From: an uncultured Coriobacteriia bacterium
Lineage (GTDB): Bacteria > Actinomycetota > Aquicultoria > CAYWVN01
Length of the DNA stretch: 47,691 nt
Direction: 5' to 3'
NCBI GenBank assembly: GCA_964461725.1
Contig: CAYWVN010000001.1
Span: 1-47,691 of the forward strand
Both the position numbers and the translations under genes were made by a program. Shown here in pieces: positions 15,695 through 24,462 of this stretch. The notes under the pieces are model-generated. The model saw nothing but the letters and a program-made list of their open reading frames with translations, had not been told where the DNA came from and ran no database searches. Positions within the stretch are counted from its first letter, which is position 1, and every line of letters begins with the position of its first letter.

Positions 15695-18451
15695 ATGATA
15701 GTGGTGAAGAGAGGGGTTCTGGGGCTCTCGGCGTCGATTGCCGTGATGCTGGCGTTGGCCGGCCTTTGGGCACCGGTTGCGTCGGCCGCCAACGCTCACT
15801 CCAGCTACTCGCGGGGGACGGAGCGATGCCGCTCCTGTCACTTCAACCACACCGCCGCGGAATCGGACAGCCTGCTCAAGACGTCCACTGTGTCAGGCAG
15901 CTGCCGGATGTGCCATGACGGTACTGGGAGCGATTACGACGTCGAGGCGGGGACCGCGTTCGGTAAGCCGGCTCCTGCCGGGAACGCGGCCATGCGCTCG
16001 GGTCGGACCACATCGGCCCATGACCTGGACGTGACGACCAAGGCGCCGGGTGGCTCCGGTAACTGGATCGAGATGGACTGCGCGGCGTGCCATGCCCCGC
16101 ACGGTTCGGAGAACTTCCGGAACCTGCGCGAGAATATCCTGGGACGGGCGGTCTCGGTGTCGGCGGATGTTCGCCCGGCGACCTCCACGTCCGCCGAGGT
16201 TGTCACATACAAGGGTGGCAACGTTGAGTTCTGCACCGCGTGTCATACGACCTACTACCAGGACACCTCTCGGGGGCACTACTTCCTCAGGTCGGCCGGC
16301 AAGGCGGAGGCCGGATCACGGTTGATTTGTGAGGACTGCCACAACTCCCATGGCTCCCGCGGCACCGGCAGCATCTTGTCCGAGGAGCTTCTGACGGCGG
16401 TCAGGGGAGAGCGGCTGTTGGCCAGCGGCGGGTACCAGCGCTTCGTCTCTCTGGAAAGCGATGCTTGGGACAGCCGGGTCGGGGTGACAATCTATGTTAA
16501 CGGTCATCGTGCCGACGGGAACTACAAGGTCAACTACGACGAGGCCTACGTGCAGTTCGACGCCCCGCTGGATGACAATGCCAAGGTGACCGCCGACTAT
16601 CGGCGTACCGGGGTCTCGAAAGGCTCAAGCGGGCGGAGGCGAAGGGACGCGTGCCTGGCGTGTCACCACGCCAAGAACGCTCCGGCTCTGTATGGTCGCC
16701 AGCCGGTGCAGATGCTGACCGGCATGGAGGGTCACGATATCGGACTTCTTCGCCCCTGTCAGGACTGCCACGGCGACGTGCATGACGTCGGGCCCGGCGA
16801 CAGCGGGTGCTACCCCTGCCACTCCGAGTTCGACCCGGTGAGCGGCAAGAGCGGTCCGGCCTCGGACCTGCTGTCGCTCATGGGCGAGTCGAAGAACGGG
16901 CTGGCACCCAAGGTGAAGTACCACCACACGATAACGGACGGGCGTAGTGCGGGCACCAACTCCTGCGAGGTCATGTGTCATGCGCCTCACCCGCACTACA
17001 GGGGCGCGGCCTCCGCGGGCGCTTCCGCGCACACCTGGCTCACCAGCCCGGCTCTGGGTACCGTAGAGGTCAGCATGGCCGCCCGGACGGACTACGACTA
17101 CGTTGGCGCGGGCGGCGGTGGGGTGTGCCTCTCCTGCCACTCCGCCGACTCCAAGGTAGTCCCCAGCGACCTCCAGGTCGACGCGCGCGTCTATCAAGAC
17201 AGTCTCCACAGCTACAAGACGGCCGTCTACGACGCCGACTTCGGTTCGAGCGCGGCCGGCGACGGTACGTTCTACGAGGCGGGTTGCGCGAAGTGCCACT
17301 CTCCGCATGGCTCGAATCTTCCAGGCATGATGCGGCAGGCCATCAAGGACACGGGTTTGTCCGAGGAGGGCCGGGTCCATGAGGTGAAGACCGATTCGAG
17401 GGGACGGCTTAGCGATTCCGTCTGCTATGCGTGTCATGCGGAGGCGAGCTCGGGCCTTCCGACCAGCAGCTATAGCCTGCTGGCCTATCCGTTCGGCCCC
17501 GCGACCGACAATGGCTCGGCGTTCTATCCCGGGCGGGGGTCGCTCGTCGACTATGATCGCGCCCGCTGGCCCGGATTCGACGTGTATGCCGAGTCGGCCC
17601 ACGGGAACAAGACCGACGCCCAGATGCGTTGGCCGGGTACCGACTCCGGGCAAGGGTCCCCGTACGCCAAGGACGCCGATCTGTCCTACACGCGTGAGGC
17701 ACCGGTGGGCGATGAAGGCAAGTGCAAGAACTGTCATGCGACACACGGCTCCAGCGAGAACGACATGCTGCTGGCGGCCTACAGCGGAACGGCCGGCGAA
17801 ACGCAAGCGATCAACAACGTGTGCTTCGTCTGCCACGACGCGGACGGGCCCGCGCAGAACATCTACCAGTACTACGACAGCGATGCTGCCGGGCCGTCGG
17901 CTGGGCACGCACTCAAGGTAGGCGGTGCGGGCAAGGCGGCCGGCTACAAACTGCTCTGCAGCGATTGTCACGCACCGCACGGCTCCAAGAACGGAAACGG
18001 CGCCATGCTGTCCGACAGCCTGAACACCAGCAGCTACCAGCTGTCCGCGCCGGACGACCCGGCCAGCCACGATGCGACCTGCATCGCTTGTCACGGCAGC
18101 CCGGGAGGGAACTACGGCGCGCAAGTTGCCGGCCGCGTCATGTATGGGCACGCTATCGTCACCACTCCGGCCGATCACGCCGAGAAGACCGGCCGGTGCC
18201 TCCATTGCCACGGACCGGCCCACGCGCCGAGTTCGGGGACGGCTTCCGGGGACGAGTGCTACAGCTGCCATCCCGACGGTACGCCAGAGTCAGGTGGCGT
18301 CACGGGCGGCACAGATGGCGGCACTGGTGGCGTCACGGGCGGCTCCGAGGGCGATACCGGCGCGGCGACCGGCGGCTCCGCAGGGACTATCGGCGGCGCG
18401 TCATGGGGCGTTCTTCAAGGGGCAACATCGGCCGTCAAGAACAGGCGTTAG
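15695..18451 (+). CDS. Secreted multihaem c-type cytochrome (17 CxxCH + 1 CxxxCH, ~18 haem sites) with a Gly-rich repeat tail
   Basis: Signal peptide MIVVKRGVLGLSASIAVMLALAGLWAPVASA/AN. Motifs CRSCH, CRMCH, CAACHAPHG, CTACH, CEDCHNSHG, CLACH, CQDCH, CYPCH, CEVMCH, CLSCH, CAKCHSPHG, CYACH, CKNCHATHG, CFVCH, CSDCHAPHG, CIACH, CLHCH, CYSCH. The track start 15608 lies upstream of the signal peptide. Confidence 0.9.
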   Translation: MIVVKRGVLGLSASIAVMLALAGLWAPVASAANAHSSYSRGTERCRSCHFNHTAAESDSLLKTSTVSGSCRMCHDGTGSDYDVEAGTAFGKPAPAGNAAMRSGRTTSAHDLDVTTKAPGGSGNWIEMDCAACHAPHGSENFRNLRENILGRAVSVSADVRPATSTSAEVVTYKGGNVEFCTACHTTYYQDTSRGHYFLRSAGKAEAGSRLICEDCHNSHGSRGTGSILSEELLTAVRGERLLASGGYQRFVSLESDAWDSRVGVTIYVNGHRADGNYKVNYDEAYVQFDAPLDDNAKVTADYRRTGVSKGSSGRRRRDACLACHHAKNAPALYGRQPVQMLTGMEGHDIGLLRPCQDCHGDVHDVGPGDSGCYPCHSEFDPVSGKSGPASDLLSLMGESKNGLAPKVKYHHTITDGRSAGTNSCEVMCHAPHPHYRGAASAGASAHTWLTSPALGTVEVSMAARTDYDYVGAGGGGVCLSCHSADSKVVPSDLQVDARVYQDSLHSYKTAVYDADFGSSAAGDGTFYEAGCAKCHSPHGSNLPGMMRQAIKDTGLSEEGRVHEVKTDSRGRLSDSVCYACHAEASSGLPTSSYSLLAYPFGPATDNGSAFYPGRGSLVDYDRARWPGFDVYAESAHGNKTDAQMRWPGTDSGQGSPYAKDADLSYTREAPVGDEGKCKNCHATHGSSENDMLLAAYSGTAGETQAINNVCFVCHDADGPAQNIYQYYDSDAAGPSAGHALKVGGAGKAAGYKLLCSDCHAPHGSKNGNGAMLSDSLNTSSYQLSAPDDPASHDATCIACHGSPGGNYGAQVAGRVMYGHAIVTTPADHAEKTGRCLHCHGPAHAPSSGTASGDECYSCHPDGTPESGGVTGGTDGGTGGVTGGSEGDTGAATGGSAGTIGGASWGVLQGATSAVKNRR
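18293..18391 (+). repeat. Three imperfect 33-bp (11-aa) Gly-rich tandem repeats at the C-terminus of the second cytochrome
   Basis: GGTGGCGTCACGGGCGGC occurs at 18293-18310 and again at 18326-18343. The protein reads GGVTGGTDGGT / GGVTGGSEGDT / GAATGGSAGTI. Confidence 0.7.
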
Positions 18452-18457
18452 TCCACA

Positions 18458-18841
18458 TTGAGTACGGGTGCGGCGCTCCTCGTCTACACCAACAACTACC
18501 TGCATGACTTCTCAGCGGCCGTGTTCCTCGCCAACGCTGTCCTTACCTACTGGGTCGGCCGCGCGTTGACCGAACGGGACGACGTCGGTACCCGGGAGGC
18601 CTTTGTCCGCATCTACCGCAAGTCTCTTGTCATCACCGGCATCAGCGGCGGCGGCATCGTCGTGGGCGGGGTCATCCGCGCTCTGGCCTACGTGCGCTAC
18701 GAATGGGCGCCGGCGGCGGGTTCGGGTCAGATCACCGTACTGCTGGTGAAGCACGTCGTCTTCGCTCTGACCGTCGTGGCGGCGCTGTATCTCCAGTTGG
18801 GGCCTGTCCGGGCGATGCTGCGGGAGCCAAGAGGGAGATGA
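18458..18841 (+). CDS. Small ~3-TM membrane protein of unknown function, immediately after the second cytochrome
   Basis: TTG start 6 nt after the cytochrome stop. Hydrophobic helices AALLVYTNNYLHDFSAAVFLANAVLTYWV, SLVITGISGGGIVVGGVIRALAYV and ITVLLVKHVVFALTVVAALYLQL. Two conserved-looking His residues. The stop overlaps the next start (ATGA). Confidence 0.55.
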   Translation: MSTGAALLVYTNNYLHDFSAAVFLANAVLTYWVGRALTERDDVGTREAFVRIYRKSLVITGISGGGIVVGGVIRALAYVRYEWAPAAGSGQITVLLVKHVVFALTVVAALYLQLGPVRAMLREPRGR

Positions 18842-19584
18842 CGAACGGTTCAGGGTTGGACATCATCTCTCTCTGGCGGTCGGTCGTGTCCGCCGTCGAC
18901 GAGGAAGCCTACGGGCCCGATCCCCAGCTCGCGTCTCTTCGAGACGATGTCCCGCGATGCGCCCGGGCATTGCTCGTCTTCCTGGCAGCCGACGCGAGCG
19001 GCAGCAAGGTCGACGACGGCACTCTGATCAGGACGGCAACCGCAATCGAGCTGCTGGGCATCGGCATCTCTCGCCACTACGAGCCTCCGGCCGACACCGG
19101 CGATCCTCAGCTGGATCTCATCGCGGGCGATTTCTGGTGTGCGCGCAGCATGCAGGTGGCCGCGTCGCTGGGACGGCCTTGGCTAAACGGCCTGCTTGCC
19201 GGGGTCGTGGCGGAGACGGCCGTGGCCGAGAGTGAGCTCTCCGACGGGGAGCTGTCCGCCGGGCAGGCCGCCCGGGCGCTGGGCCGCCGGGCGGAGCTGT
19301 ACGCGACGGCCTGCGAGGTGGCGGTGGCAATTGGAGCGCCGGAGTACCGCCGGGAGGGACCCGTGGAGCGCTGGCGCGAGGCGGGGCGTCGCCTTGGCGT
19401 GTTGAAGCTGGCGGCGTCGGATTCATGGGCGACGGTCCGAGAAGCGCTTGATCCCGATCACCTGTCCGTATGTCGCGCGGAACTGACCTCGCTAATCGAC
19501 GAGTACGCTCATGGCCCCGGGGCAGAGTCCCTGCGGGCCTACTGCGAGAGCACGGGAGACTGGACACCCGGGGGCGCCAGATGA
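18838..19584 (+). CDS. Polyprenyl-synthase-like protein lacking both DDxxD motifs (putative non-catalytic partner subunit)
   Basis: Reads like a trans-prenyltransferase fold (TATAIELLGIGISRHYE where LxHxxSLxHDDxxD is expected; LIAGDFW), but the catalytic Asp-rich motifs are absent. ATG 18838 overlaps the previous stop, and its own stop overlaps the ATG of the next gene. Confidence 0.5.
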   Translation: MTNGSGLDIISLWRSVVSAVDEEAYGPDPQLASLRDDVPRCARALLVFLAADASGSKVDDGTLIRTATAIELLGIGISRHYEPPADTGDPQLDLIAGDFWCARSMQVAASLGRPWLNGLLAGVVAETAVAESELSDGELSAGQAARALGRRAELYATACEVAVAIGAPEYRREGPVERWREAGRRLGVLKLAASDSWATVREALDPDHLSVCRAELTSLIDEYAHGPGAESLRAYCESTGDWTPGGAR

Positions 19585-20558
19585 CGGGCGGCGCAGGCGA
19601 TCTCCAGCTTTCCTCTGAGGTGTTGGCGGGCCTGGCAGAGGTCGAGTCGACAATGGAGGCGCGTCTCCGGGCGACGTCGGGGCGAATCGCTTCGGCAGCC
19701 CTGGAGACGGCGGCTGCCGGGGGCAAGCGTCTTCGGCCGACGCTGGTGCTTGTCTGCGGCAGCGGGGCGGGCGATCCAACGAGGCTCCGGCTGGCGGCGG
19801 CCGCGGTCGAGTTCATCCACACGGCCTCGCTCGTGCACGATGACATCTTGGATGAGGCGACGACCCGGCGCGGGCGCCCGACGGTCAACGGACTCATGGG
19901 TACCCGGGCGGCTACGGAGACAGGCAATCTCCTCCTCGGCTTGGCGTTTCAGATGCTGGCCGAGTTGGACGATGTGGAGGTGATGCAGGAGGCGTGCCGC
20001 ACCATCGTCGCGCTCACCATGGGGGAGCTGCACCAGCGCGCGGCGGTCTTCGACGCGGGCGTGTCGGAAGCCGACTACCTGGTCCGAGTCGAAGAGAAGA
20101 CGGCCACCCTGATATCCGTCTGCTGCCGCATCGGGGCGCTCTTGGCGGGCTTGCCGGTCGGCGAGACCAACACGCTGTCGCTGTTCGGGACCGAGCTCGG
20201 GCTGGCCTTCCAGATCTACGACGACATCCTGGACATCGCGGGCGATTCCCAGGAGCTCGGCAAGGTCGTGGGCACGGACATCAGGGAGGGCATGGTCACT
20301 CTCCCGATGATCTATGCCTTGAGGGATGATCAGGTGGCGGCACGGCTTACCGATCTGATTACCAGGCGTGATGCCACCGACGCTGAGGTCACGGAGGCGA
20401 TCGGACTCATGGAGTCGTCAGGCGGTCTGGAGGCGGCGCGCCGGAAGGCGCGGTCGCTGGCCGACCGGGCGGCCGTCCGGGCCGAGGGTCTGGGCTCCCA
20501 GGAGACGCGCCGGCAGCTGATGGACATGGCCAAGTTCGTCGTGGCGAGATACCACTAG
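19581..20558 (+). CDS. Long-chain trans-polyprenyl diphosphate synthase (menaquinone side-chain type)
   Basis: First Asp-rich motif FIHTASLVHDDILDE and second motif FQIYDDILD. GKRLRP near the N-terminus. ATG 19581 (ATGA overlap) is preferred to the track start 19470. Confidence 0.85.
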   Translation: MTGGAGDLQLSSEVLAGLAEVESTMEARLRATSGRIASAALETAAAGGKRLRPTLVLVCGSGAGDPTRLRLAAAAVEFIHTASLVHDDILDEATTRRGRPTVNGLMGTRAATETGNLLLGLAFQMLAELDDVEVMQEACRTIVALTMGELHQRAAVFDAGVSEADYLVRVEEKTATLISVCCRIGALLAGLPVGETNTLSLFGTELGLAFQIYDDILDIAGDSQELGKVVGTDIREGMVTLPMIYALRDDQVAARLTDLITRRDATDAEVTEAIGLMESSGGLEAARRKARSLADRAAVRAEGLGSQETRRQLMDMAKFVVARYH

Positions 20559-20628
20559 CGAGCGGGGATGTGCTACATTACCCGAACCCCCAACGGGCGC
20601 GAATGCGGATGGTAGGAGAGGGAGACAG

Positions 20629-21972
20629 ATGCTTCTCAAGGCCGATTGGGTGCTCCCGGTAAGTTCACCGCCGGTCGCCAACGGGGCCGTGCTGGTAGAG
20701 GATGGGTGCATCGTGCGAGTGGGGCCGGCCGATGAGCTGGCCCAAGGCTATGATGGCGAAGCTCTCGACTTCGGTGAGGCGGCGATCTTGCCGGGTTTCG
20801 TCGATTTGCACACTCATCTGGAGTACAGCGTGTTCCGGGGGCTCTGCGACGATCTCTCGTACCCCGACTGGAAGATCCAGGTTACCCAGCGGAGCGCGGC
20901 GCTCGCGCCCGCTGATTGGGCGGCATCCGCCCGCCTGGGCGCACTGGAGGCCATCCGCTCAGGAATCACCTGCATCGCCGACATCTCGTCTTCCGGCGGG
21001 AGTCTGGACGCGTCGCTCGCGGCGGGCCTGCGCGGTCTGGCGTTCTACGAGCTCACCGGCATGGACGACTCGCGTGTCTCTGAGACTATCGGCGCGGCCA
21101 AGGAGGCGGTCTTGGCCTGGCAGGCGAAGGCGGTAGGCAGCCACATGATGGTTGGCCTAGCGCCGCATTCTCCCTATAGTGTTGCCCCGCCCCTCTTCAA
21201 GGCGGTTTCCCAGTGGGCCCGCCAGGATGGATTCATGATGTGTGTCCACCTGGCCGGATCCAAGGAAGAGGTCGAGTTCGTCAAGTACGCGTCGGGGAAG
21301 CTCGCCACCGTATATCGTGACCTGGTCGGATGGAGCGACCTCTTGTGGCAGCCCACCGGTGTCAGCCCGGTCAAGTATCTCGAGGAATGGGAAGTCTTTG
21401 ATGGCCCCGTCCTGGCCGTGCACTGCATCCAGGTCGACGAAGCCGACATCGATATCCTCCAGAAGCACGACGTGGCTATTGCCCATTGCCCCAAGTGTGG
21501 GGCGAAATGGGGCATGGGCGTCGCGCCCCTGCCCGAGTTCTTGAGGCGGCAGCTCCGCGTCGGGATAGGCACGGACAGCCCGGCCAGCAATAACACGATG
21601 GACTTCTTTGACGAGATGAGGGTGGGTCTCCTGCTGCAGAGGGGCAGCAAGCGCACCGTGGAAGGGCTGTCGGCGGCCGAGTTTGTCTCCCTGGCCACGG
21701 AAGGTGGCGCGGGGGCGCTCGGACTGGGTGCCTCGATCGGTACGCTCGAGCCGGGCAAGCAGGCGGACGTCGTCGCCGTGGATCTGTCGCACAGTCATCA
21801 GAAGCCGGTCCAGGACCCGTACTCCGCGCTCGTCTATACTGCCAATCAGGAAAACGTTATACTTACCATGGTCAACGGCCGCGTTCTCTTCCTGGCCGGC
21901 GTTTACGAGACGCTGGACCGGGAGAAGATCGTGGCCGATGCTGAGCAGGTCCGCGCCAAGCTGGGCGGATAG
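20629..21972 (+). CDS. Amidohydrolase-superfamily deaminase (MTA/SAH deaminase or aminofutalosine deaminase-like)
   Basis: Metal-binding HxH in PGFVDLHTHLEYS, plus HC..., GTDSPASNN. Typical length and N-terminus (LLKADWVLPV). RBS GGTAGGAGAGGGAG precedes the ATG. Confidence 0.7.
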   Translation: MLLKADWVLPVSSPPVANGAVLVEDGCIVRVGPADELAQGYDGEALDFGEAAILPGFVDLHTHLEYSVFRGLCDDLSYPDWKIQVTQRSAALAPADWAASARLGALEAIRSGITCIADISSSGGSLDASLAAGLRGLAFYELTGMDDSRVSETIGAAKEAVLAWQAKAVGSHMMVGLAPHSPYSVAPPLFKAVSQWARQDGFMMCVHLAGSKEEVEFVKYASGKLATVYRDLVGWSDLLWQPTGVSPVKYLEEWEVFDGPVLAVHCIQVDEADIDILQKHDVAIAHCPKCGAKWGMGVAPLPEFLRRQLRVGIGTDSPASNNTMDFFDEMRVGLLLQRGSKRTVEGLSAAEFVSLATEGGAGALGLGASIGTLEPGKQADVVAVDLSHSHQKPVQDPYSALVYTANQENVILTMVNGRVLFLAGVYETLDREKIVADAEQVRAKLGG

Positions 21973-21984
21973 CGGAAGGGCCGG

Positions 21985-22431
21985 ATGGTGGCGACCGAGC
22001 TGGCCCGGGTTGTGGAAGTCCATGAAGACGGCTCCGCCGTCGTGGAAATCCGGAGGTCGGAGGCCTGCGAGAGGTGCGGCCTGTGCGCGGCCGGGGCATC
22101 CGCCGACCTCATGCGAACGGAGGTGCCTAGCGCAGGAGAGGCTCGCGCGGGCGACGTGGTCGAGGTCGAGAAGTCACCCGGCACGCCTCTCATCGCCAGC
22201 CTGATCGTGTTCGGTGTCCCGGTGGCGGCGCTTGTGGTGGGGTACTTCGCCGGCAGTTGGGGCGCATACCTTTTGGGTTTGGGACGGTCGGCCCAGGCTG
22301 CGGGAATCTGGTCGGGGCTGGCCCTGGTAGGTTTGTCCTACTTGGTTGTCAGGGGCGTCGAGCGGCGAGTGGCCGGGGACGAACGTTGGCAGCTTCAGGT
22401 GACCGCGATAGTCAAACGTTGGGAAGGGTAG
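21985..22431 (+). CDS. RseC/MucC-family (SoxR-reducing system) small membrane protein
   Basis: N-terminal pattern VVEVHEDGSAVVEIRRSEACERCGLCAAG followed by two TM helices. This is characteristic of the RseC family. Confidence 0.6.
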   Translation: MVATELARVVEVHEDGSAVVEIRRSEACERCGLCAAGASADLMRTEVPSAGEARAGDVVEVEKSPGTPLIASLIVFGVPVAALVVGYFAGSWGAYLLGLGRSAQAAGIWSGLALVGLSYLVVRGVERRVAGDERWQLQVTAIVKRWEG

Positions 22432-22441
22432 GAGGGCGATA

Positions 22442-22918
22442 GTGGAGCACGATGATTTCTTTGAAGACGACCTAGCCTACGATGAGGAGATCCCCAAGGA
22501 GACTTCCAAGGGCAAGGCCAAGGGCAAGAGTGCGGGCAAGGCCAAGGGCAAGAGCAAGGCGGAGCCGCCGAAGAGCCGCGTGACTGACTCGAGCGATGAG
22601 TCTGAGGCGCCGATGGTGTCCCTAAACTGGGTCATCGCCATCGCTGTGGCGGCTCTTATCGTGGGCTTCGTGGCCCGCGGCATGTTCCAACCGGCTCAGA
22701 CGCAGTACGGGGCCGCGACGACCGGCACTGGAACCGTCCAGCAGGGCGGGACAGGTGACCAGACCGGGACCACGCAGCTGCCGCCGGGCCATCCGCAGGT
22801 GCAGCCGGGCCAGCAGGCGCCGCCTCTCACGCAGGAGCAGATTGACGCGGGAGTGAAGAGCGACCCTTCGGGATCCTCGGGTTCTTCCGGGTCCTCCAAC
22901 TCCAAGAAGAAGCCCTAG
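22442..22918 (+). CDS. Hypothetical single-pass membrane protein with acidic/Lys-rich N-tail and Gln/Gly/Thr/Pro-rich C-region
   Basis: GTG start after GGTAGGAGGG. TM helix LNWVIAIAVAALIVGFVA. Low-complexity KGKAKGKSAGKAKGKSKA and SGSSGSSGSS tracts. Confidence 0.45.
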   Translation: MEHDDFFEDDLAYDEEIPKETSKGKAKGKSAGKAKGKSKAEPPKSRVTDSSDESEAPMVSLNWVIAIAVAALIVGFVARGMFQPAQTQYGAATTGTGTVQQGGTGDQTGTTQLPPGHPQVQPGQQAPPLTQEQIDAGVKSDPSGSSGSSGSSNSKKKP

Positions 22919-22924
22919 GAACCG

Positions 22925-23635
22925 ATGCTACTGGACAAGCGCCGGGTCTCCTCCTTTACCAGGGTTGGGGCAATCGTCCTGGCCGTTGCGTTCATCGGGA
23001 GCCTGATATCGTACGCGCTACCCTCGCTGCGCGGGGATCTTTCTAGCAATAGCCAGAACGCCGACCTCGATACCACGCGGCAGCAGCTCTTGGCCGACAC
23101 CAAGGCGTACGAGCAGAGCCTCAAGATGTACCCGAAGATCGGGCGCAACTGGGCCGCCTTGGGCGAAACCTACGTCAAGTTGGCTCAAGTCGAGGGTGAG
23201 GCCAAGGCTCCGCAGAAGGCGTTGAAGTACTGGAGCAAGTCGACTGAGGCCTTCCAGAAGGCCATCAAGTTGCTGCCGCGCAACTTGGCCTCGCGGGTGC
23301 AGCTGGCTTTCGGATTCATCCAAACCGGGCGCCCGACGCAGGCATTGCAGCAGCTCGCCGTGGCCGATCGCATCAAGCCCAATGACGCAAACGTCTACTT
23401 CGGCTTGGGTCTCGCCTACCAGGGCGTCGGCAAGAAGGCCAAGGCGATCGACGCCTTGAAGAGGTTCCTCAAGCTTGAGCCCAAGACAGATCGTGCCAAG
23501 TATGCCCAGCAAGTACTGGCACAGCTCCAGGGAACCACACCGCCGGCCACCCCCGGCGCCCCGGCCACCGGAACGGGACAGGGCACCGGTGCGGAGACCA
23601 GGTCTCCGCTGCAGATTCCGTCCTCGGGACCGTAG
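22925..23635 (+). CDS. Membrane-anchored TPR-repeat protein
   Basis: TM helix VGAIVLAVAFIGSLISYAL. TPR-like repeats (NWAALGETYVKLAQ..., AFQKAIKLLPRNLASRVQLAFGFIQTGR, NVYFGLGLAYQGVGKKAKAIDALKRFLKLEP). Confidence 0.65.
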   Translation: MLLDKRRVSSFTRVGAIVLAVAFIGSLISYALPSLRGDLSSNSQNADLDTTRQQLLADTKAYEQSLKMYPKIGRNWAALGETYVKLAQVEGEAKAPQKALKYWSKSTEAFQKAIKLLPRNLASRVQLAFGFIQTGRPTQALQQLAVADRIKPNDANVYFGLGLAYQGVGKKAKAIDALKRFLKLEPKTDRAKYAQQVLAQLQGTTPPATPGAPATGTGQGTGAETRSPLQIPSSGP

Positions 23636-23817
23636 GCGCGGTCCAGCCGGTCGCCGGCTACACTCTGTGCCACAAATCAGGGGCGGCTTGGCCTTCGGCG
23701 CGAGCCCCATCGAGCTCCGGACGTTCTTCACCGCGCAACCTCACAGAACCGGTCTAGGATGGGGTCGAGGCAGGAATGGGCGTCCTCAAAGCGAAAGTAC
23801 TCTGGTAGGCGGAAGCG

Positions 23818-24462
23818 GTGAGCGGGGTTTCAGTGTATGCGGACCGAGTCGAGGCCGGTCGCAGGCTGGCCAAGCAACTCAGGCGGTACCAAGGGCAAGG
23901 CACGGTGGTGCTTGGCATACCGCGCGGCGGAGTGGTCGTCGCGGCCGAAGTAGCCAAGGCGCTCGACGCCACCCTCGATATCATCATCCCACGCAAGATC
24001 GGCGCGCCGGGCAATCCGGAGCTCGCCATCGGCGCTGTGGCCGGGCCCGGCGAGGTGATTCTGCACAAGGACCTGGTGCGCTCGCTTCGCGTGAGCGTGT
24101 CGTATCTGAAGGAGGAAGTCCGGCGGCAGTTGGCCGAGATCGAGCGGCGACGTCATCGGTACCTCAAGGACCGTCCGTCCGTGGAGCTTGACGGGAAGAC
24201 GGTGATCATCGTCGATGACGGACTGGCTACAGGCTCCACTGCCGAAGCGGCTGTGGCAAGCGTGAGGCGGCGATGTCCCGCCAAGACGGTGCTGGCGGTG
24301 CCGGTGGCGCCGCGAGACGCGTGCAAAAGGCTTGAAGGCCAAGTCGATGAGCTCGTCTGTGGCGTCACGCCGGCCCACTTCTACGCCGTCGGTCAGTTCT
24401 ACGCCGATTTCGCCCAGACGACGGACGACGAAGTCATCGGGCTTCTGGAGGAGGCGGGTTGA
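23818..24462 (+). CDS. Phosphoribosyltransferase-family protein
   Basis: PRPP-binding loop VIIVDDGLATGSTAEAAV. N-terminal F/Y-xDRxEAGrrLA pattern (VYADRVEAGRRLA). Confidence 0.8.
   Translation: MSGVSVYADRVEAGRRLAKQLRRYQGQGTVVLGIPRGGVVVAAEVAKALDATLDIIIPRKIGAPGNPELAIGAVAGPGEVILHKDLVRSLRVSVSYLKEEVRRQLAEIERRRHRYLKDRPSVELDGKTVIIVDDGLATGSTAEAAVASVRRRCPAKTVLAVPVAPRDACKRLEGQVDELVCGVTPAHFYAVGQFYADFAQTTDDEVIGLLEEAG

Noticed and set aside
16328-16343. Second CRP-like site TGTGA-N6-CCACA
   Set aside because: One half-site is imperfect, and it lies inside the coding sequence, where it encodes the CEDCH haem motif (TGT GAG GAC TGC CAC). The match is a by-product of coding.
16625-18271. 548-aa ORF on the minus strand
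   Set aside because: It is antisense to the second multihaem cytochrome, which has 18 haem motifs in the plus frame. A high-GC artefact.
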